DNA of 64,000 nucleotides, taken from the NCBI GenBank assembly GCA_963783385.1, contig CAWANJ010000002.1, positions 96,001 to 160,000 on the forward strand, in the 5' to 3' direction. The DNA is from an uncultured Gemmatimonadales bacterium. Its GTDB lineage: Bacteria; Gemmatimonadota; Gemmatimonadetes; Palauibacterales; Palauibacteraceae. The stretch's first letter is position 1. Each line of letters starts with the position of its first letter. Both the position numbers and the translations under genes were made by a program. The notes beneath the pieces are model-generated. The model made no database searches and was not told the origin of the DNA. It saw only the letters and a program-made list of their open reading frames with translations. Below, one piece after another: positions 19,839 through 30,112 of the stretch.

Positions 19839-21383
19839 CTACCTCAGGTCCTGCTCGCTCCAGCTGTAGTGGACCGTGTACTCGAGCGTGGCGCGGCCCC
19901 GTGCCGGCACCGTGATCCTCCACTCGGCGTGCTCCGCGTCCGGCTTCTCGTGCCGGGCCGGCTTCCCGTCCACCGACTCCGCGGTGATCCTCCACTCGTG
20001 CCACCGGAACATGCGCTCGGTGACACGCACCTCGACCGGTTCCTTCTTGGCGCTCCGCAGCGTGATCTGGTAGCTCTCCTCCAGGCTGTAGGCGTCCGGC
20101 CGGCGAAAGTCCGTGCGGGTGCGCTCGGCCGTGAGGTCGAAGGCGCGGCCCAGCGGGAGGCGGACCGTGTCCCCGACCATGAGGTCGGGCACCGGGGCCT
20201 CGCCGGCGAGCAGCGTGGAGCCGTCCTCGTCCTCCTCGTAGATGCGGGCGCGGCCCGCCGGCAGCGGCCGGTCGATCGGGGTGTGTTCGCCGGAGGCCAG
20301 CTCCAGGACGGCCTCGACGTGGGTCCGGCCCGAGCTCCCGCCCGGTTGGGTCTGGGTGATGGGGCGGGTCGACCCGTACCCGTAGGCCTCGCCTCCGTCG
20401 TACAGGTAGAGCTTGCGGGTGGGCACGTCGGAGGCGCGCAGGAGGAGGGCCCGCACGGTCTGGCCGTCCTCCAGCGACACGGTGCGCGGCAGCTCGAACA
20501 CGTGGTACTCGGAGAAGCTGCGCTCCTGGGCCTGTCCGGGGGCGGGCGCGGCCGCCTCCATGGCCTTGGCGCGTACGGCGTCCGCCAGGGCCTGGGGGCT
20601 TCCGGACCGGTTGAGCTCTCCTGCGATGAGCCGTACCCGGGCATCCGGCCAGCTCCGCCCCGCGCCGTCCCGCAGGTCGGCCCACGCCTCGAGCTCGAGG
20701 CTCCTGCCCGAGGGGGCGAGCGTGATCGCGTACTCGGCGTTCCAGGTGAGGCCCCCGGCCAGGTAGCGGGCCGTGGCGGTGGTTTCGCCGCCCCGCGCCG
20801 AGCGAACGGTCCACGTGACGGCCGGGGCGAGCCGCAGGCCCGCGGGCAGGCCCGGGAGGAGGAGCTGGCGGACCTGGCCGGGGACCAGGGAGACGATCGT
20901 GCCGTCCTCCTTCCTCAGGAGGAGCCCGCCCGACGCCGAGACCAGGGTGGCCCGCAGCGTGTCGCCACCCGCCAGGACCAGGACGACCGCGCGCCCCACC
21001 GACGCGCGGAGCAGGTCGCCCATGTCCGCGCCGCCGGGAAGGCTGCGTTGCTCCACGACGCTGGCCGTCGACCCGTCCGGGAACAGGAGCGAGAGGCTGG
21101 AGAAGTCCAGCGCGGACGGTGGCGCTCCCCAGGTGATCCGGCCCTCCCCCTCCGGAAGGCGGAAGCGCAGGGCCTCCCGCACGAGGGCCGGGCCGCCCGG
21201 GTAGATCGCGATGTCGGCGCCGGAGGCGGCAGTGGCGCCGGTGGCCTCCGGCCCGGCTTGCTGCGCCACCGCCGGTCCGAGCGGGGCGAGGGCCGCGGCA
21301 GCCAGAGTCACGAGTGCCGCTCCGGCGAGCGAGATCGAGGCTGCGGCGAGGCGCGGCGCGCTACCGGGGCTCCCTGTGGGCAT
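19839..21383 (-). CDS. DUF4139/DUF4140 domain-containing secreted protein
   Basis: IAIYPGGPALVRE, RYLAGGLTWNAEY, FSEYHVFEL, PLPAGRARIYE and LGRAFD. Confidence 0.85.
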   Translation of the reverse strand: MPTGSPGSAPRLAAASISLAGAALVTLAAAALAPLGPAVAQQAGPEATGATAASGADIAIYPGGPALVREALRFRLPEGEGRITWGAPPSALDFSSLSLLFPDGSTASVVEQRSLPGGADMGDLLRASVGRAVVLVLAGGDTLRATLVSASGGLLLRKEDGTIVSLVPGQVRQLLLPGLPAGLRLAPAVTWTVRSARGGETTATARYLAGGLTWNAEYAITLAPSGRSLELEAWADLRDGAGRSWPDARVRLIAGELNRSGSPQALADAVRAKAMEAAAPAPGQAQERSFSEYHVFELPRTVSLEDGQTVRALLLRASDVPTRKLYLYDGGEAYGYGSTRPITQTQPGGSSGRTHVEAVLELASGEHTPIDRPLPAGRARIYEEDEDGSTLLAGEAPVPDLMVGDTVRLPLGRAFDLTAERTRTDFRRPDAYSLEESYQITLRSAKKEPVEVRVTERMFRWHEWRITAESVDGKPARHEKPDAEHAEWRITVPARGRATLEYTVHYSWSEQDLR

Positions 21384-21513
21384 GATCTCCTCCGCGAGGC
21401 CGGGTGGGATGAGGCGTCGGTGAAGCGCTGGCGATCCTTACCCCGACGCGAGCGGTGGGGTCGGGGTCACCGGCTGTTCCTCTCCCACGAGGGGACCGGT
21501 CGCACGGCCCGCC

Positions 21514-22917
21514 TCAGAGCTCCTTGACCTCCCGCACCAGGTCCCCCAGCGAGTCCGCCGCGTCCCCGAACAGCATGGAGTTGTTCGGCAGGAAGAAGAG
21601 CGGGTTGTCGACGCCGGCGAAGCCCGGGTTCAGGCTCCGCTTCAGGACGATGCACTGGCTGGCCCGGTCGACCTCGACGATCGGCATCCCCGCGATCGGG
21701 CTCGTCGGGTCGTCGCGCGCGGCCGGGTTCACGACGTCGTTGGCGCCCACCACCAGCGCCACGTCCGTGTCGGCCATCTCCGGATTCACGTCCTCGATCT
21801 CGTACAGCTGGTCGTAGGGGACGTTGGCCTCCGCCAGCAGCACGTTCATATGACCGGGCATGCGGCCGGCCACTGGATGGATGGCGTATTTCACGGTGAC
21901 GCCCTTGCGTCCCAGGAGGTCGCCCAGCTCGCGGAGCTTGTGCTGCGCCTGCGCGACGGCCAGCCCGTAGCCCGGCACCACTACGACCTGCCGGGCGTAG
22001 GCCAGCATCATGGCCGCCGACTCGGGATTGATCTCCCGGGCCGTGCGCTCGCCGCCCGGCCCGCCGCCCGAGGCCGCTTGTGGCCCGTCGCCTCCGCCGA
22101 ACGCCCCGAACAGGACGTTGGTCAGGGACCGGTTCATTCCCCGGCACATGATCCCGGTGAGGATGAGACCGGAGGCTCCCACCAGCGCGCCGCTGATGAT
22201 CAGCGACATGTTCTCGAGCACGAAGCCGGCCGCGGAGGCCGCCAGCCCCGAGTAGGAGTTGAGGAGCGCGATCACCACGGGCATGTCGGCGCCGCCGATC
22301 GGGATCACGACCAGCACGCCCAGGAGGAGGGAGGCGGCGATGAGGAAGTAGAACACGTCGACGCCGCCCGCCGGGGCGGACAGGGAGAGCCACGTCCCCG
22401 CCGCCAGCATGGCGATGAGGAGGATGAAGTTGGAGGTCTTCTGCAGCGGGTAGGTCACCGGCCTGTCCGTCACCAGCCCCTGCAGCTTCCCGAAGGCGAC
22501 GAAGCTGCCGGAGAGCGTGACGCTGCCGATGAGGACGCCGGCCATGATGGAGACGCCGTGCGCCACCTCGAGCCCCGAGCCCCCCTTGGCCAGCTCGAGG
22601 AAGTCCGCGATGGCCACCATGGCCGAGGCGCCCCCGCCGAAGCCGTTGAACACCGCCACCATCTGCGGCATGGCGGTCATGGGCACGCTCTGGGCCATGA
22701 TGAGGCCGATGGCGGACCCGAGGATGGCGCCGATCACGATCCACTCGAACGAGACCAGGTGCTCTCCCAGGAGCGTGGCCACAATGGCGATGAGCATGCC
22801 GAGCGCCGCGATGGCGTTGCCGCCGCGCGCCGTCTCGGGGGAGGAGAGCTTCTGGAGGCCGACGATGAACAGGACGGCCGACAGGAGGTAGGCGAGCTGG
22901 AAGAGCGTCGAGCTCAT
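21514..22917 (-). CDS. pntB: NAD(P) transhydrogenase subunit beta
   Basis: IGGADMPVVIALLNSYSG, PGYGLAVAQAQH, AIHPVAGRMPGHMNVLLAEA and GANDVVNPAA. Confidence 0.97.
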   Translation of the reverse strand: MSSTLFQLAYLLSAVLFIVGLQKLSSPETARGGNAIAALGMLIAIVATLLGEHLVSFEWIVIGAILGSAIGLIMAQSVPMTAMPQMVAVFNGFGGGASAMVAIADFLELAKGGSGLEVAHGVSIMAGVLIGSVTLSGSFVAFGKLQGLVTDRPVTYPLQKTSNFILLIAMLAAGTWLSLSAPAGGVDVFYFLIAASLLLGVLVVIPIGGADMPVVIALLNSYSGLAASAAGFVLENMSLIISGALVGASGLILTGIMCRGMNRSLTNVLFGAFGGGDGPQAASGGGPGGERTAREINPESAAMMLAYARQVVVVPGYGLAVAQAQHKLRELGDLLGRKGVTVKYAIHPVAGRMPGHMNVLLAEANVPYDQLYEIEDVNPEMADTDVALVVGANDVVNPAARDDPTSPIAGMPIVEVDRASQCIVLKRSLNPGFAGVDNPLFFLPNNSMLFGDAADSLGDLVREVKEL

Positions 22918-22920
22918 GAC

Positions 22921-23226
22921 CTAAGCCTCCGGCCGGTCGCCCGAGGGGCGGCGGTGGAACATCTTCAGCATCTTGTCGGTGACCAGGAAGCCGCCCACCA
23001 CGTTGATCGTGGCCATGGCCACCGCCGCCACCCCCAGCACGGTCATGAGGGTGTCCGACGCGGTGCCCGCGATCACCAGCGCCCCCACGATCGAGATGCC
23101 GGAGATGGCGTTCGAGCCGGACATCAGGGGCGTGTGCAGCGTGGGCGGCACCCTGGTGATCACCTGCCAGCCGACGAACATGGCCAGCACGAACACGTAG
23201 ACGCCGACCAGAAGCGGTCCGATCAT
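22921..23226 (-). CDS. pntA: NAD(P) transhydrogenase subunit alpha, membrane part (PntAB)
   Basis: VPPTLHTPLMSGSNAISG and INVVGGFLVTDKMLKMF. Split three-gene arrangement. Confidence 0.93.
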   Translation of the reverse strand: MIGPLLVGVYVFVLAMFVGWQVITRVPPTLHTPLMSGSNAISGISIVGALVIAGTASDTLMTVLGVAAVAMATINVVGGFLVTDKMLKMFHRRPSGDRPEA

Positions 23227-23272
23227 CCGCCCTCCTCTATGGTTGCCGGCCGCGGCGCGTACGACGTCGCGG

Positions 23273-24397
23273 TCATGGCTGGAAGCGCACCTGTCCGTCG
23301 TGGACGACGCAGATGGCGTTGGTGATCTCGTCTTCGAGGTCGATGACGGCTTCACCCTCCGGAGCCAGGTGCCCCAGGAGCGTGACGACCGTGCGGGCGT
23401 ACATCTGGCTCGCGTGGTAGGGCAGCGAGGCGGCCAGGTTGAGGGGGCCGTGGATCTTGACGCCCGCGTGCACCACGGTCTCTCCCGGGGCGGTGAGCTC
23501 GCAGTTGCCCCCCGCCGGCGCCGCCATGTCGACCACGACCGAGCCCGGGGCCATGCCCTCGACCATCGCCCGGGTGAGGAGCAGGGGGGCCCGTCCACCG
23601 GGGACGAGCGCGGTGGTGATCACGACGTCGGAGGCCGCGACGTGCTCGGCTATGACCTCCTGCTCGCGGGCACGCTCCTCTTCGCTGACCTCGCGGGCGT
23701 AGCCGCCCTCGGTCTCGGCTTCCTCCTTCACTTCCTCGGCGGCCACGAACGAGGCGCCGAGGCTCTCCACCTGCTCCCTTGCGGCCGGCCGAATGTCGAA
23801 CGCCTCGACCTTGGCTCCGAGCCGGCGGGCCGTGGCGATGGCCTGCAGGCCCGCCACGCCCGCGCCCAGCACGAACACCTTCGCCGGGGCGATCGTGCCC
23901 GCCGCGGTCATCATCATCGGGAAGAACTTGACCGAGGTGTCCGCCCCCAGGAGCGCGGCCTTGTAGCCGGTCACCGTGCTCATGGCGGAGAGCACGTCCA
24001 TGCTCTGCGCCCGCGTGATTCGCGGCATGAGCTCCATGGCCAGCGCCGTCACGCCCCGCTCGGCGAGCCGTTGCAGGAGGTCGCCGTTCCGATGCGGATC
24101 CAGCAGGCCGATGAGGATGGAGCCGGTCGGGAGCTCGGCGATCTCATCCGGCCCCCCTTCCGTCCGACGTGGCGGTCCGACCCGCGCCACGACCCGGGCG
24201 CCTCCCATCAGGGAGCCCGCGCCGGTCACCTCCGCGCCCGCCTCCCGGTAGGCGGCGTCGGTGAAGCTGGCCGCCAGTCCGGCCTCTTCCTGGACCGCCA
24301 CCTCGTGGCCGGCCTTGACGAGCTTGCCCGCTGCATCGGGCGTCAACGCCACCCGGGTCTCGCCCGGGGCCGTCTCCATGGGAACGGCGATTCGCAT
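23273..24397 (-). CDS. pntA: NAD(P) transhydrogenase subunit alpha, soluble part (PntAA)
   Basis: ETRVALTP, PRITRAQSMDVLS, GAGVAGLQAIATARRLGA and GGNCELT. Confidence 0.95.
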   Translation of the reverse strand: MRIAVPMETAPGETRVALTPDAAGKLVKAGHEVAVQEEAGLAASFTDAAYREAGAEVTGAGSLMGGARVVARVGPPRRTEGGPDEIAELPTGSILIGLLDPHRNGDLLQRLAERGVTALAMELMPRITRAQSMDVLSAMSTVTGYKAALLGADTSVKFFPMMMTAAGTIAPAKVFVLGAGVAGLQAIATARRLGAKVEAFDIRPAAREQVESLGASFVAAEEVKEEAETEGGYAREVSEEERAREQEVIAEHVAASDVVITTALVPGGRAPLLLTRAMVEGMAPGSVVVDMAAPAGGNCELTAPGETVVHAGVKIHGPLNLAASLPYHASQMYARTVVTLLGHLAPEGEAVIDLEDEITNAICVVHDGQVRFQP

Positions 24398-24623
24398 CTC
24401 CACCTTCTTCCTGTTCGGTCGCGTGAGCCGGCGGACCGGCGTGGAGCACGCTACGGTCCCGGCGCCGGGCGTTCAACGCCCCCGGCGTCGGGACGTGACG
24501 GTCATCGGGGCACGGACGGCCCGAAGCTACCGTCGGCTGCCGCTATCGTCTGTCCGGCAAAGAGTGCATGGGGCGGTGGGGAAGCCGCGCAGGCCCGTGT
24601 AGGGCGTTTCCCCGCTCGGGACC

Positions 24624-24833
24624 TCAGGCTTCCAGCGAGAACCACACGCGCAATCGCACCTGGAATTCCGTGACATCGCCCTGACCAATGTGGCCCCGCT
24701 GCTCCACGACCTCGAACCAGCGCAGGTCGCGCATCGTCTCCGAGGCTCTCCGGACCGCGCGGCGCGTGGCGTCGGCGTAGCTATCCGGCGAGGTGCCCAC
24801 CAGCTCGATCGACTTGTACGTGGCACCGGACAT
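24624..24833 (-). CDS. Dodecin family flavin-binding protein
   Basis: 69 aa: TYKSIELVGTSPDSYADA..ASETMRDLRWFEVVEQRGHI..EFQVRLRVWFSLE. Confidence 0.92.
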   Translation of the reverse strand: MSGATYKSIELVGTSPDSYADATRRAVRRASETMRDLRWFEVVEQRGHIGQGDVTEFQVRLRVWFSLEA

Positions 24834-24947
24834 GGAGAGGTTCCTCCGCGGAAGGGGTCGTTTCAGGTTCCGGGCTCCGATCCGACGCGGCAGGATGGCG
24901 GCGGACGGGGTGAGGCCGCAACCGGACGAACAGGGCAGGGGGCTTCG

Positions 24948-25652
24948 TTGGCACAGCTGACCAGGCATCAGATGGGGGCGTCCCTCCTGGAGGCGCTCCG
25001 GCAGGCCGGGCTCGGAGTCCGCGACCTGTTCGAGGGCAGGCAGGAGCCGCTGTCGTGGTTCTTCCGAGGGCTGGCCTACGACCAGTCCGAGCTCGACATC
25101 CTCGAATCGGGGGCGGTCGACGTCCTGCACTCTCCGTCGGCGCTGGTGGAGCTGGCCGTGGACGAGATGGCCCTGGCGTGCGCCAACCTGGGTGCCGAGG
25201 GCGTGGCCGGTTACCTGGCCGTGCCGCCCGCCGCCGGAGCCGACGGACCGCCGGACGCCGTGGATCCGGCCGGACTCCTGCTTCACCCCGATGTGAGGCT
25301 GGGCTGGATGAACCTCGATGTGGCTCCGCCCGCGCTGTGGCTGGAGCGCCGGGACTCCGATCCGGACTCGGACGAGCTCCTGGCCAGTCGGCTGGCGCGG
25401 CTCGCCCAGGAGACGGGCGAGGACGCGGACTCGGTGGAGGTGCACATCGAGGGCGCCCTGGAGACGGAGGGCGCGTGGGCGGAGGCCCCGGCGGGCGTCC
25501 GCCCGGCCGGCGTGTCGGTCTACTTCAGCTTCGAGCTTCCCAGGGTCACCGAGGAGCCCGGGGAGCGAGAGCTGGCCCGCGTGTTCGAGCGAGGGGCCGC
25601 CACCGCATTGGCGGCGCTGGAGCGCATGCGCTCGATCTTCTGGGGCGACTGA
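24948..25652 (+). CDS. Hypothetical acidic protein
   Basis: GC-rich third positions typical of coding sequence and a natural amino-acid composition. It fills the gap between dodecin and DsbA. Start is TTG 24948 or ATG 24972; no motif recognised. Confidence 0.65.
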   Translation: MAQLTRHQMGASLLEALRQAGLGVRDLFEGRQEPLSWFFRGLAYDQSELDILESGAVDVLHSPSALVELAVDEMALACANLGAEGVAGYLAVPPAAGADGPPDAVDPAGLLLHPDVRLGWMNLDVAPPALWLERRDSDPDSDELLASRLARLAQETGEDADSVEVHIEGALETEGAWAEAPAGVRPAGVSVYFSFELPRVTEEPGERELARVFERGAATALAALERMRSIFWGD

Positions 25653-25656
25653 GGCG

Positions 25657-26433
25657 TCAGCCGGCCGGCGCCTCCCTCTTGTTCGAATCGCCCGGCGCCT
25701 TCCCCTTCCCGGAATCGGCCGGTGTCTTGCCGGCGCCCGCCTTGCCCGGACTCGCCGTGCCGCCGCGCTTGGCGATCAGGGAGTCGAGGACGCCCTTGAA
25801 CTTGGCGAACGGCGCGGCGCCCTCCATGGAGATCGAGTCCCCGATGATGAAGAAGGGCGTCCCGTTCACGCCGACCCGGGTCACGCTGGCCAGGTCGCGC
25901 ACCTGGAGCGGGGACGGGCGATCCTCCTCCAGGCATTGCCGGTAGGAGGTGGAGTCGATCCCCAGATCCTCCGCGTACTTCATGAAGAAGTCCACCGGGG
26001 TGTCGGACTTGGCCCACTCGTCCTGGTTCCGGAACAGCATGTCGTGCATGGGCCAGAACTTCCCCACCGCCCCCGCGCAGAAGCTCGCCTCGATGGCCGG
26101 CCATGAGTGTACGTGCCGGGGGTTGGGGAAGGAGATCCACAGGTACTGGATCTTCCCCGTCTTCACGTAGGCGCTGTCGATCTTCGGATACGTCTCGTCG
26201 AAGTACTGCTTGCAGTAGGGGCACTGGAAGTCGGAGACCTCGATCATCCGCAGCGGCGCCGACGTGTCGCCCTTCACCCGGGCCCGGTCCGCCCGTTGCA
26301 TGATCACCGACACGTCGGACGGGACCACCGAGCCGTCGGGCGTGGTCTGTGCGTTCCCGTCCTTGTCGGCGCAGCCGGAGGCGACCAGGGGGAGAAGCGT
26401 GAACAGGAGGAGTGCCAGGCGGCGTCGGGGCAT
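25657..26433 (-). CDS. DsbA-family (thioredoxin_4) lipoprotein
   Basis: Lipobox-like ASGC, IEVSDFQCPYC active site and GVNGTPFFII cis-Pro loop. Confidence 0.9.
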   Translation of the reverse strand: MPRRRLALLLFTLLPLVASGCADKDGNAQTTPDGSVVPSDVSVIMQRADRARVKGDTSAPLRMIEVSDFQCPYCKQYFDETYPKIDSAYVKTGKIQYLWISFPNPRHVHSWPAIEASFCAGAVGKFWPMHDMLFRNQDEWAKSDTPVDFFMKYAEDLGIDSTSYRQCLEEDRPSPLQVRDLASVTRVGVNGTPFFIIGDSISMEGAAPFAKFKGVLDSLIAKRGGTASPGKAGAGKTPADSGKGKAPGDSNKREAPAG

Positions 26434-26558
26434 GGGATGGCGTCCCTCGTCGGGGGATGCGAAGCGGCGCTTCGGAGATCGGCCGGGCGCCGTGCGTCGC
26501 AGCAGTTTAACCCGCTCGCCCCGGGCCGTCCAACGCGGGCGCGGCGAGCGGCCGGTCG

Positions 26559-26586
26559 CCCGAGTCGCCACCCGTGGCGACTCGGG
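26559..26586. repeat. 13-bp perfect inverted repeat in a divergent intergenic region
   Basis: cccgagtcgccac-cc-gtggcgactcggg. Confidence 0.7.
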
Positions 26587-26733
26587 GGCGGGCCGTGGCA
26601 GTTTGGGGCCCCGTCGGACGGGTGGGGGCAGGGAGCCCGGCTCCTTCGGGCTCCCGGCGTTCAGCAGGGAGGAGGGGATGGTGGTCGGCTTCGAGGAACG
26701 GGCGGCACGGGGCGCAGCGCGAGGACGGGGAGG

Positions 26734-27117
26734 ATGGTGAGCGGAGAGGGGGAGTCCACGGTGCCGGCCCTGTTGTATGCGAGCGGGGAGGGGACGCCCG
26801 TCGACCTGCGGGTCCTCCATCACTCCCGCGGTCGCCGGATTCGGCGCGCCGCGGCCGGGCTGGGCCTGCTGTGGCTCCTCGCGGCCGTGGCGGTCTTCAT
26901 CCCGATCGCACACCTGATCCTCGTCCCGGGCCTATTCTTCGGCGGGATCGGGCTGTTCATCGTGCGCTGGAGGCGCCGGAGCCGGTTCGAGGCCTTCGAG
27001 GCGACCTGTCCGACGTGTGGGGCGCGGGCGTCCTTCGACCTGGAGGAGGCGGCCGAGCTGCCGCTCCGGCTCCACTGCTCCTCCTGTGACGCGGCCCTCA
27101 CCCTCAAGTCGAGGTAG
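26734..27117 (+). CDS. Hypothetical 2-TM protein with C-terminal zinc ribbon
   Basis: GGAGG-proximal ATG, TM hairpin VFIPIAHLILVPGLF, and CPTC...CSSC. Confidence 0.75.
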   Translation: MVSGEGESTVPALLYASGEGTPVDLRVLHHSRGRRIRRAAAGLGLLWLLAAVAVFIPIAHLILVPGLFFGGIGLFIVRWRRRSRFEAFEATCPTCGARASFDLEEAAELPLRLHCSSCDAALTLKSR

Positions 27118-27198
27118 CGCCGGGCCGAACGCCCCACGGGGAGCCGATCGGTCGGGGACGGCGGCGCGCGAACCGGTCGGCGATGGATGCCGGGGCGC

Positions 27199-28713
27199 TC
27201 AGCTGCCGACCAGCGCCTCCCATGCGCGATCCAGGGCCTCGTACGCACCCCGCACGTGCTCCTCCCGCGTCAGATACGAGCCCACGGCGAGGCGGAGCAC
27301 CGTTCGCCCGCCCAGGGCCGTATGGGACAGGAACACGCGCCCCTCGCGGTTCACCCTCTCCATGATGCGCCGGGTCAGCGCGTCCGCCTCCTCCCCGCCG
27401 GCCTCCGGGTCGAAGGCGCCCGGGGCATCGGGCGCCGGGCGCCGCTGCCCCGGCCCCAGCGCGCGGAAGCACACCGTCGAGAAGGAGGGCGGAGCCGCCA
27501 GCGTGAAGCGGGGGTCCTCCCGGATCCAGCCCGCGAACGCCTCGGCCCAGGCGATGTGCCGTCGCAGGAGGGCCCTGAGGCCCTCGGCGCCGTGCCACCG
27601 GATCAGGAACCACAGCTTCAGCGCCCGGAAGCGCCGCCCCATCGACAGGCCGTAGTCGTGGAGGTTCACCTCGGCCTCGTCGTCGCTCGTCAGGTACTCG
27701 GGCGTGAGCGCCAGGGACGCCCGGAAGGGATCGGGGTCCCGGAACAGGAGCAGGCTGCAGTCCACCGGCGTGGCCAGCCACTTGTGCGGATTCAGGACGA
27801 TGGAGTCGGCCCGCTCCCAGCCGGAGAACCGGGGCCGCTGTTCCGGCAGCATGGCGGCGGGCCCCGCGTACGCCGCGTCGACGTGCAGCCACACCCCGTG
27901 CGCCTCGCACAGCTCCGCGATGGGGCCGGCCGGGTCGACGCTCGCCGTGGACGTGGTGCCGATGGTGGCGCCCACCATGACGGGCCGGATTCCGGCGCGC
28001 TCGTCCTCGAGCAGCGCCCGCTCCAGCGCGTCCGGCTGCATCCGGTACGACCGGTCCGCCGCGATCCGGCGGACACCCCGCTGGCCGAGACCAGCGGCGA
28101 TGGCCGCCTTCTCGAGGGAGGAGTGGCCGTGATCGGAGATGTACAGGCGCAGGGGCGGCAGGTCGTCCCTCCCCGTCAGTCCGCGCACCCGGGCGTCCAC
28201 TCCCGCGGCCTCGCGAGCGGCGAGCAGCGCCGTGAAGCTGCTCTGCGACGCGGTGTCCTGGATCACGCCCCGGAAGTCCGGGGGAAGCCCCACGAGCTGC
28301 CGCAGCCAGTCGGCCATTCGCGTCTCGAGCTCGGTGGCCACCGGCGATGTCCGCCACAGGATGGCGTTCTGGTTGAGCGCGGCCGCCACGAGCTCCGCCA
28401 GGATGGTCGGCGGCGCCGACGAGCTCGGGAAGTAGGCGAAGAAGCCCGGGTGGCACCAGTTCGTGAGCCCCGGCACCACCACCCGGTCCAGGTCGTCGAC
28501 CAGGGCGTCGAACGGCTCTCCCTCCTCCGGTGGGGCGACCGGCAGCAGGGCCGCAATCTCCCCCGGCTCGGCGCGCGAGAGTACCGGGAGCTTCTCGATC
28601 GTCTCCCGATAGCGCGCCACCCACTCCGCGGTTCGGCGCGCGGCGTCGCGGAACGCATTGGGGGCCATGTCCGGAGGCTCGCGCCCGACGTCCTCCGGGC
28701 CTTCGGGGCTCAC
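27199..28713 (-). CDS. Group II PLP-dependent decarboxylase (aromatic-L-amino-acid decarboxylase-like)
   Basis: PGLTNWCHPGFFAYFP, SPVATELE, HSSLEKA, WLHVDAAYAG, NPHKWL and GRRFRALKLWF. Confidence 0.92.
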   Translation of the reverse strand: MSPEGPEDVGREPPDMAPNAFRDAARRTAEWVARYRETIEKLPVLSRAEPGEIAALLPVAPPEEGEPFDALVDDLDRVVVPGLTNWCHPGFFAYFPSSSAPPTILAELVAAALNQNAILWRTSPVATELETRMADWLRQLVGLPPDFRGVIQDTASQSSFTALLAAREAAGVDARVRGLTGRDDLPPLRLYISDHGHSSLEKAAIAAGLGQRGVRRIAADRSYRMQPDALERALLEDERAGIRPVMVGATIGTTSTASVDPAGPIAELCEAHGVWLHVDAAYAGPAAMLPEQRPRFSGWERADSIVLNPHKWLATPVDCSLLLFRDPDPFRASLALTPEYLTSDDEAEVNLHDYGLSMGRRFRALKLWFLIRWHGAEGLRALLRRHIAWAEAFAGWIREDPRFTLAAPPSFSTVCFRALGPGQRRPAPDAPGAFDPEAGGEEADALTRRIMERVNREGRVFLSHTALGGRTVLRLAVGSYLTREEHVRGAYEALDRAWEALVGS

Positions 28714-29729
28714 CGCGGCCTCCCGGCCGTCGGGGCGTCGGCCTCCGCGCCCGTCCTGGAGCGGACGGCCGTGATCAGGTGGCGGTCTTCGTCCAGGCGC
28801 CGGAAGCGGGCGGCGGTCAGTCCCGCGTGCGCGAGCCACGCCTCGTAGGTGGACCGGTCGTAGGTGTCGCCACCGTGCCGGCTGTTGAGGAGCATGGTGA
28901 CCGCGAACAGGGCCGCGAACGGCGACTGGCCCCGCACGAAGTCCAGGATGGCGACGAGCCCGCCCGGCCGGAGCACGCCGGCCGCGTCGGCCACGAGGCG
29001 CGCGTTCGTGGGCTCGTCGTAGATGTGCGTGATGTTTCCGATGAAGACGACGTCGAATTCGCCCTCGGGGAAGGGATCGAGGAAGTCGCCCGCGCGCAGC
29101 TCGACGCGCGGTTCCCCGTCCAGGCCGTACGCTCCGCGCACGTGCTCGATGACCTCGGGCTGGTCGAACAGCACGGCCCGGAGCCCGCGCCGCGCGAACG
29201 CCCGGGAGAAGGTCCCCGGGCCGCCTCCGAGGTCCAGCACGGTCCGGGCGTCGGGGACCCGCTCCAGGCAGGCGTCGACCGCGGCCTCCACCAGCCGGGG
29301 GCCCTTGTTGGCCATGGCCGCCATGAACGCCGCCAGACCCTCCGGGGACCGCCCGTCGGGCCCGACCTGGGGCGCCCCCGTTCGCACCGCCCGGGGAAGC
29401 CCGTCGGTCCAGCGCCGGATGCTGCGAAGCCAGAACCGGAGGGCATCGCCCTCGAAGTCCGGAGTGTCCCGGTCCAGCAGGCGGGCTCGCCCGATGCCGG
29501 TGAGGCTGGCGCCCTCCGGACCGGAGCGGACCAGGTCGAGCTCCTCGAGGGCGCCGAGCAGGATCCGGACGCCGCGGTTGGAGAGATCCAGACGGCTGGC
29601 CAGCGCCTCCGCCGTGGCCGGCCCCTCCGCCAGCGCCGACACGAGATCCAGCTCGAGGGCGGTCGCGGCCACCATCGCCCACTCCGCGCCCCGTCGGCCG
29701 GCGGCCAGGTCGCCCGGTCCCGGGCTCAA
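28710..29729 (-). CDS. Class I SAM-dependent methyltransferase (Methyltransf_2 type with N-terminal wHTH dimerisation domain)
   Basis: GPATAEALASRLDL, VLDLGGGPG, FDQPEVI, AGDFLDPFP and NITHIY. The TTG start overlaps the DoxX stop. Confidence 0.88.
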   Translation of the reverse strand: MSPGPGDLAAGRRGAEWAMVAATALELDLVSALAEGPATAEALASRLDLSNRGVRILLGALEELDLVRSGPEGASLTGIGRARLLDRDTPDFEGDALRFWLRSIRRWTDGLPRAVRTGAPQVGPDGRSPEGLAAFMAAMANKGPRLVEAAVDACLERVPDARTVLDLGGGPGTFSRAFARRGLRAVLFDQPEVIEHVRGAYGLDGEPRVELRAGDFLDPFPEGEFDVVFIGNITHIYDEPTNARLVADAAGVLRPGGLVAILDFVRGQSPFAALFAVTMLLNSRHGGDTYDRSTYEAWLAHAGLTAARFRRLDEDRHLITAVRSRTGAEADAPTAGRPR

Positions 29730-30112
29730 CCCGTCAGCCCCGGCGCCTGGTGGAGCACGAAGAACATCAGCGCCGCGCCCGCCAGCGACAGGTTCTTCAT
29801 GAAGTGCGCGAGCTCCGTCTGCTTGGCCCGGGGGTCCTCGATGGCCCAGAAGTCGTGCACGAACAGCGCGGCGGGGATCAGAAAGCCGATGAGGAGCCAC
29901 GTCCCGATCGGCACCACCCACCACAGGAGGATGCTGATCCCCCCGGCCAGGATCACGACTCCGCTGGCGGCCGTGAAGAAGCGCGGGGCCGGCACCCCTT
30001 TCGACCCGGCGTATTGCGCCATCGCCTCGAGCTCACCGAAGTGGTTGAGTCCCGACATGATGAAGATGAGCGAGAACAGTATGCGGCCGATCCAGAAAAG
30101 AGCTGTCATCAC
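29726..30112 (-). CDS. DoxX family membrane protein
   Basis: IGRILFSLIFIMSGLNHF, HDFWA and HFMKNLSLAGAAL. Confidence 0.92.
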   Translation of the reverse strand: MMTALFWIGRILFSLIFIMSGLNHFGELEAMAQYAGSKGVPAPRFFTAASGVVILAGGISILLWWVVPIGTWLLIGFLIPAALFVHDFWAIEDPRAKQTELAHFMKNLSLAGAALMFFVLHQAPGLTG

